A stretch of 63,833 bases of DNA, filler included, from Pelomyxa schiedti (Eukaryota; Protista; Evosea): assembly GCA_020536535.1 (NCBI GenBank). It is 9 parts of 9 records of this genome, joined end to end, with 100 filler letters (N's around TTAATTAATTAA, not from the genome) between each part and the next. Parts side by side here need not be neighbours in the genome. Positions count along the whole stretch, not along the records: positions 59,984 to 62,707 come from JAHLWZ010001914.1; positions 62,808 to 63,833 come from JAHLWZ010002983.1; 7 more parts are not named here. One strand, 5' to 3'. The notes below the pieces were generated by a model that did not search any database, was not told the DNA's origin, and was given only the letters and a program-made list of their open reading frames with translations. This document shows positions 59,984-63,833 of this stretch, in pieces. Each line of letters begins with the position of its first letter. Positions within the stretch are counted from its first letter, which is position 1. The position numbers and the translations under genes were made by a program.

Positions 59984-62217
59984 TGTGTGAGTTGTGCTGA
60001 TTGTTAATGACAACAAACATGAACAGAAAGCTTAGCACCTGTGAACAATGGAATGTGACTCGATGTGGTGGATAGCCTTGAGCCCTTGAAGAAGGAGATC
60101 GTGTACCAATTCAACTGTTTTCTTCTGGAGGCTGAAGGAAGAAGAGAGGAACGCAGACAACGTGATGCCACAGTGGGGCATGAGGATGGCCAACGATTTG
60201 TTGTTGCACAGTTCTTCCCTGAGATACTTTTTCTCACTTGGTATTTTCTCCACAAATTCAGATGGGAGGCTGGATCAGGAGTTGAGTGGGTGAGCATTAA
60301 TGAGTTAATAATTATCACACACCAAGGGAGGACCAAGGCACCAAGGGGGTGGATCACATTTGAGTGATTTGGAAGCAACGAGAGGATCACACACTCAGCC
60401 ATGTATTTCTGCCTCAGCAGCGTCTGCTGTGGTGTGTTCTCCCAGTTGAAAAGCACTTTCATCACCATCTCCCTGCTGGTGCTGTCTGTAGTGCTGTTTG
60501 CTGAACAAAGTGTTGATTCTTCCCCTCCTGCTCCTCTGTTGTTGAGTGATGAAACTGATGGTGGTGTGCTGTTATTGCCTTTGCCTGCGATGTATTGCAC
60601 CTTGAATGCAGCTGCATTTGAGCCAGTGCCAAGCAGTTTCTCAACCCTGAAATCAGCAGCCGTCGCTGAAATCAGAGACGTCATTGTGTCCACAGTGTTC
60701 TGAGTTTCAAAAGAATGAGTTGATTTCAGAAATACCACTCACTACCTTGTATCTTTTGCACATTTCCCCTTCTTCCATGAGGTCTTTCCTCAAGTTTTCA
60801 ACGGTCTTTCGTTGTTGAGACAGAGCTTCTTCTGTGTCTGAGACACGCCTCTCAAGTGTTTCATTTTCTTGTTGCAACTGGAGGAAAAGGAAAATTGAAT
60901 CAGGAAAACGAAAATCTCATCAGAGTGGGAAGGTACCTTCTCATTCTGTTTTTCCAACTCTGTGATTCGTCTTTTCAGAGATTCACATTGTTGTTTCAAA
61001 CTCTCTTCTGCGTCACCATTGCGGTGCTCTTCCAACCCTCCATTTTTGTGGAAAGTTGTTGTGGTTGCTGTTTGACACACAATTGATCCATCAGTAGTGG
61101 AGATGGTGGTTGGTTTGCGTTGTTCAAGAAGGATCTTCTGTGCACCTCTGTGTTCCAACCTGGCAGCCTTCTCAAGCCAGAGGCGTGACTCCTCAAGGTC
61201 ACAACCAACGCCATCACCATCCCTTAGACATACACCAAGGTGGAACATTGAAACGGGATCGCCACCCCCGGCGCCAATCCTGAAATATTCAACAGCTGCC
61301 CTCTTGTCTGTTGGAGCTCCACAATCCCCCCCGAGAAAATACACTCCTAGTTCTGTCAATGCCGGGGCACCGTCACAAGAGGACTTCTTTGCATTGTTGT
61401 ACAACTCCTTGGCCCTGTTGATATCCTGTCGCACACCCAAACCCCTCTCATAACAACACCCAAGGAATACCTCAGCCCTGTGCCAGTGGTTGAGAAGAGC
61501 ACTACTGAGCAGCTCAACAGCCTTGGACATGTCCCTTTCCACACCACAACCCCACAAGTAGCACCACCCGAGGTATGCCTGTGCGTTCCCATCAATTTTG
61601 GAGCATTGTTTGAGGAGCTCCACAGCCTGTTCCCAGTCTCTCTCCACACCCTCACCACACAAATAGCATTGAGCCATACGCCAATGGCTCTGCAATTTGA
61701 TGCACACTGTTTTGAACAGTGACAAAGCATTCTGTGGATCACACTCCACACCCACACCGTTTTGGTAACACCACCCAAGTTCCACCTGCGCAAGTGGGTC
61801 ACCCAGCTCCGCACCCTTTTTCCACGCTGACACAGCCTTATCCACGTTGTAGGTTGCTCCCATGCGATCATTATAGTAGTAGTTCCACCCCAAGCCCCAC
61901 ATGCCCCCTCCACCAGGCACAGCCTCAAACAATCGAATTGCCTTTTCCCTGTCCCTCGGCAAGCCATGCCAACCGTCCCACTGGCACCGCGCAAGCCTCA
62001 ACATGGCACTCACGTCGCCGCCGTGGGCAGCACGTTGCAGCAGTGCCACGCCCTTTGCTTCGTCACGGGGCACGCCGGGCTCCCCGGACAGGTAGCAGTG
62101 AGCGAGGCGATACATCGCCGCGGCATCCCCGGCATCTATCTGATCGTTCAACCTCCGGACGTTCAACCCCGAATCGCCATCGTTGCTGCTGCTCGTGGTA
62201 GTCGTACGGTCTGACAT
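59984..62217 (-). CDS. SEL1-like repeats + coiled coil + PINK1-like kinase (3' truncated)
   Basis: About 8 SEL1 repeats (AQVELGWCYQNGVGVECD and similar). Kinase motifs LGTGSNAAAFK, VMKVLFNWENTP..LRQKYMAEC, HSNVIHPLG, IVHR. Confidence 0.9.
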
Positions 62218-63833
62218 TCCTAACCAACTCTGTTTGATCGGTAAGTTGGAAGGAGAATGAAAAACACCACCCAGAATCCAACATTATCCAATGGAAGATT
62301 ATTCGTCTCGCGAATACCGTCGCCGAAAACGTTCGTTGGGTGCTGTGGGAGCCAAAAAATTTGGGCAACGAAAGTTTTTGGCAACGAATTGTTGGAACGA
62401 AGGTTTCTCAACATACGGTAATCTCCCCACCATTTCTGATTGAGCCAGCAGCGCTGTTTAGGGGTAAAAGCAGCTTTGGGGGGGGTGAAAAGTGCTCCAA
62501 ATGGGGGAAAAGCACTTTTCCCCCACCTGGCGCAGGTTCAAATTTTATTATTTCTCCGAAACCCATCAAGTGATGGTAGAAGATTTGATCAGGGTAAAAA
62601 AAGTTCTTTTATTAGGAACTGAGGTGTTGAACAACACCACCCCGAACTTTAGCCTCACTCTGTATCGGATTCTTCTTCTGATACAGAGTCAGTGTCTAAG
62701 GTATCAGNNNNNNNNNNNNNNNNNNNNNNNNNNNNNNNNNNNNNNNNNNNNTTAATTAATTAANNNNNNNNNNNNNNNNNNNNNNNNNNNNNNNNNNNNN
62801 NNNNNNNAATTCTGCTGTTGGATGGAAACCTGAACCAACAAGAACAAGTTGAAACTGCACCACCACCACAACAACAAGTTGTTTTGGAGTCATCCTCAAT
62901 TGTGTAGGCCATGCTAGCCTGCCTTGAAGTGGTGGAAGGTGGCCTAAACAACAACACAAACACAAATCAAGCCACAGCCACCTTGAGTACCTCATTGTTG
63001 AAAAACAACAGACGAGTTGAAAAAATAGCCAAAAAAGGGAAAACTCTCCTACAACTTGCTGTTTGTGACCCCAGCAAAGCCAGGTTCCACGTTTTGTTTA
63101 GCTGCCCATACAGCAACTCACCACCATTGCCCATGGACTTTGTATGTATTCTGGCCTGTTCCACCTGGTTCCCTTCAATTGATCTTTCAGTGATCCTTCC
63201 TTCGACAGTTCTTTCATTACTAGTTCCTGTTCAGCCTGTTGTTTGCACTTGTACTTTCCAGCAAGTCATCACTTATCCACACTCTCTTTCGCACATGATG
63301 AAAACCTGAGAGTATGTTTCCACCTCTTCCACTGAATATCCAGTATGTATACTGGTGTGAAATTCTGAGGTTGGGAAAAACAAAAAGCATGGATCACTTG
63401 CTCCACGGTTTATCCTCCAAAGAACCAGGGTGCAGGATCGGTTTCCAGGAGGTCCATCTTTTTTTTTGGATTTCCTATGTGAACCTCCCAGACCCTCTTT
63501 CTCCCCAGGAAGTGATTCGACTTCTCACTCCTGTGAATAGGGGGCAATGACTTGTACAACACAATGGACACACTTTCATTGAAGCCACACAACGCATTGC
63601 GTACGAGGACCAGTTACAAGGGATTGGGAATTGCGACTTTCTGGCAATTTTATCGGAATTTGATTTCAAGTTGATTGTAATTTTTATTACAATCAAATAA
63701 ATTATTCCTTTAAATCGAATCGTTTTGTCACCGACCACAACCTTCGAGTACTCGAATTGAGAAATGGCTGAATAAAATCAACAGACAGGAACGCTGTCAT
63801 TTTTGTTCTCGTCGCTCAGGATCGGCGGTCCCT

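Overview
This is eukaryotic DNA from an intron-rich protist with short GT-AG introns of about 40-150 nt. The gene families look amoebozoan, possibly an archamoeba such as Pelomyxa (inference). The window is a concatenation of nine separate scaffolds joined by artificial N44-TTAATTAATTAA-N44 linkers, so adjacency across linkers means nothing. Scaffold 1 (1-11.8 kb) holds decayed Ty3/Gypsy and hAT elements, a captured EHD gene fragment and a strong CpG-decay signature. The other scaffolds carry an array of about 8 nested hairpins, a METTL4-like remnant and an RCC1/F-box/ARF-like gene. They also carry a BTB protein, two Ras plus C1-Rab5 paralog pairs, a TRIM-like gene and two PINK1-like kinases with different repeat N-termini. 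WDR33, a Ser-rich membrane protein, a class-III aminotransferase and tRNA-Glu lie on the largest scaffold. The standout is an intron-containing NRPS (FAS-type acyltransferase with GxCxG, then T-C-A-T-C, truncated) lying head-to-head with an MFS exporter. All calls are by-eye motif recognition; no database searches were run.
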